Of a stretch of DNA of 64,000 bases, positions 60,848 to 64,000 are shown piece after piece. A model generated the notes under the pieces. It did no database searches, was not told where the DNA came from, and saw only the letters and a program-made list of their open reading frames with translations. Positions within the stretch are counted from its first letter, which is position 1. Each line of letters begins with the position of its first letter. Source of the DNA: Octopus sinensis (taxonomy: Eukaryota); NCBI RefSeq assembly GCF_006345805.1, contig NC_043018.1, forward strand, positions 26,288,001-26,352,000, in the 5' to 3' direction. A program made the position numbers and the translations under genes.

Positions 60848-62993
60848 TATAGTTGAATTATAACTTGAAATTCTTTTTATAAAAGAATTAAAAGCATTTT
60901 AAATATTCATTTCCTTGAATTAAAAATATTTCAGTTCTAGAATAATAAATTCATAGTTTTTCTTTTTTCTATAATTATTCTTTAATATAAAGATTTTGTT
61001 TCATGTAAATTTTATGACAAGAATTCCTTAGCCAAGAATTTTCAAATACAATAATTTCTAACTTTGAAAGTATGAATTTTTATTTTAAATAATTGTAGAA
61101 GTTTTATTCAATTTTTAATATTACTTGTGGCAAAGTAGTAATATGTCTTGGTTTTCAAGTTTTGGAAGCAGAGTTGAAATTTAGATATTTCTTGGGTCAC
61201 TTTGATATTTGACTCACATTGCTGAAATGAGTGAAGAAAAAGTTGCTCGTTTGCAACATGAATAAAAGGTATATCTTCTGGGAATATTTCTTGTAGATGA
61301 AAAAGGCATCTTATTGCTTTCAATACCTTGAATTCATGTAATTACATGTCTATTCCTGGTATGAATCATTGCTAGTGTTTCCTGCATTGATTGGACTAGT
61401 AACCCCATCTTTTGTATTTCGATCATTTATCTTAGTGCCATATTCCCCTCTGGAGTTGAGGTATTCGTGTATTAAGAAATGTTGGTATATTTGTGTATTG
61501 CTCATATAGATTTGTAAGTTCAGTTATAATCAAAATATTTGATGCATTATGTCGAAATACTTAATCTGAAAACAGCAATATGTTGTATCAATTCAAATTT
61601 TGTGTAGTAGATGCCCCAAACACTAAGGTAATTGTCTAATCAATGTCTAATACACGTATGTTATCCCTGTTAGAAGTAACATTTTCTTTGCTACATCAAA
61701 ATCTTATATTCCAGTGTTAAATGTGCTTTATCAGCTTCCAAAAGGACCCTCAAATGTAACAAGAACGTTAAGAAGTTATCAAAATACTATTGGGAAAGTT
61801 GAATGTAGTAAAGCATTAATATCTTTTTTCTCATAAAATTAAATAAATCAAATATTTCTGTGAAATTTCTAAAAATTATATATTTTGCATGTTACATATA
61901 AAATATTAATTCTGTTTTTAATATTTTTTTCTTTTTTTATTATAGAGTCACAGCGTTGTAAGAGATTTTTTTTTCCTAATAATCTTTGCACATTTTATAG
62001 GTGCCAAATGTATAGTAGAATCAATTAGGTATATATTTTTTTTTTTAGTCATCAATAATTTAGTTGATGGTATTTCTTCGATATCACATTATAAATATTA
62101 CCAGAAGAGTTTAGGTTTTTTAACTGTTGTTTCTTTCTTCCTTTGTTTTTTTCCTCTTCCTCCTCCTCCTCCACCACCAAGTTTATCATTAGTGACAATC
62201 CAGAAGGTTCCTAGGCACTCATGTATTTCTTGAGCATCATCATTAGACGCCTATTGATTAAAATGTAAGGTTGTGGTTTCAAAATTTGGTCTCTTCATTT
62301 TCACGAGAACCGAAAAGAAACTGCGTGGATTACGCGTATGGGAGAAAAATCACTTTGCATCAGATCACAAGGAAATATTCCATCAAGATGAATGCCTTCA
62401 GTAATTTGTTACAGATTTGCACTTATCTGTAAGGCAGAGATTGAAGCTTTACACACTACCATCAACAAAATAGAGTAAAAGTATTCCACTTATTAAATAT
62501 TCATAAGAGAGCCAGAGAGGAAGATTGTTACTTCAAGCTATCAACTATTTTTTTTTTTAAGCTTATGGACTTGTAAATTTATTCTTGATTTTTATGGAGA
62601 AGTATGAATGCATTTTTCATCAATTTAAACTCATGTTTATAAACCGCCTTTGTTGTCTTCTCATCAGGAGAGTAACCAGAAATTTATGTAATTCATAGAT
62701 TTTTGGCTTTCTTGCAGCAAATATTAAATTAACATCGACAGAAGATTGTTGTAAAAAATTATAGGTTTGAAATTTACCAATGGTAAATTGAAAGTGCAGG
62801 CATGGTCCTGTGGTAAAGAATTTACCTCACATCCATCATAGCTGTTCATTTATCCCCTGCTAGCATGGGTTAGATGAGAACATGCTATTGAAACATTGTT
62901 TTATGGCTAGATGCCCTTCCTGTTGACAACCCAATTAAACTTAAGGATAATTGGTTTTATAATATATTGTATCTATCATTTATTATTTATAAA

Positions 62994-63029
<36 letters not shown>

Positions 63030-63030
63030 C

Positions 63031-63587
63031 ATTGAGTGAGAGAGCAGTGCATGCCATCAAAGTGACACTGGGGTAAAATATACGAAGCCCAGTATACCCA
63101 TCATGACTATCCATCAGATAAGGGTACACTAGGCACATGCATCACAACCATATATGCGCGATATGGTGATCTCATATCAAGATAAACAGCGCATCACCTT
63201 GCAGGTGGAGCCCAGTTTAGAATTTTCTTCTGGTCAAGTAGCCTATCCTGCTCAAAAGGTCCCTGACTAATGGCTGTTTAATGATGCTGAACGAAACACC
63301 CATGTTTCTAGAGGTGAATTATTCAAACCCCCAAGAATCCCTCTCAACACATGTCTATGATGCTCCCCACTACTTCTGCTCATGATCAGAGATGCACATA
63401 TCATCAGCCACTAAGGAAGATGCTCAACTGGTTATGGTCAAACAACTGACAAGCAAACCTGTGGTATTGAGCAGAATATTTGCTGTGGCCTATCTTTTAT
63501 ACCAAGACAAAACAATGTACATGATAACACTTTCAATCAGTTAAGATCAGAAGCCATAAGAGCCACTGTCTGGTACTGCATTAGGGC

Positions 63588-63590
<3 letters not shown>
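63031..63590. repeat. Unclassified interspersed repeat bounded by (ATT)n
   Basis: 63320-63415 matches 49040-49140 in reverse complement (GAATCCCTCTCAACACATG..TATGATGCTCCCCC..GAGATGCACATAT..TCAGCCACTA). Confidence 0.6.
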
Positions 63591-63624
<34 letters not shown>

Positions 63625-64000
63625 TCATATATTTAGAGGACTGTAAGGTTCATTAATGAATTTTTCTTTCTTTCTAGTTAAAATAAGGACAAAGAAAATT
63701 ACAAAAAATTTCATTCAACTGTTAGATATCAATTTACAGCTCTGCCATCCACATGTGTATTTGATGTGACCATCTTCCTTACTATTTCACACTTCCACTA
63801 TTACATATTTATGTATTTATTTCTGTTTTGAATATTCATGTTACTAGTTCTTCAAGCAGCACCTTTGAAAGAATTTTTTTATTTCATGTATGTGTGTATG
63901 TGTGTTAGCAAATAACTTATTATTTCACATGTGTAGCAGCATAAAGAAGTGAAGTTGAAGATCCACTTGGAGTCTTTAACAAACTTTATTTACCCTAACT

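Noticed and set aside
61108-61500. Minus-strand open stretches with a GTGAGT donor
   Set aside because: Stops in every frame, no recognisable motif, and no acceptor found.

Overview
AT-rich, gene-poor eukaryotic genomic DNA with one 100-N gap (49664-49763). Its repeat landscape (tRNA-headed CORE-type and Deu/Nin-type SINEs, RTE LINE 3' ends with (ATG)n tails, dense TA/CA/AAT microsatellites) matches, from memory, an octopus genome. Most ORF-track entries are microsatellite or repeat artefacts. The window appears to be mostly intronic in a large + strand gene. One well-supported 193-nt coding exon (47309-47501) encodes a W-x3-I-x2-V-x2-QL motif resembling the Unc13/Munc13 calmodulin-binding helix; that assignment is tentative. 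Several candidate microexons are present, including two clearly paralogous phase-2/2 microexons 21 kb apart (6714-6743 and 27562-27594). The most unusual signal is seven minimal type-I hammerhead-ribozyme-like motifs in four sequence families. One pair sits in a ~480-bp fold-back element with a tRNA-derived head and an 11-bp TSD (40973-41476), which suggests a Penelope-mobilised, ribozyme-carrying SINE. The window also holds two non-autonomous Helitrons, TTAA (piggyBac-like) MITEs, a hAT MITE with a perfect 8-bp TSD, a deleted DD37D (maT) transposon, a mariner fragment, a structured minisatellite grown from an RTE 3'UTR, and a separate 195-bp palindrome. No database searches or folding were run; family names come from recalled knowledge.
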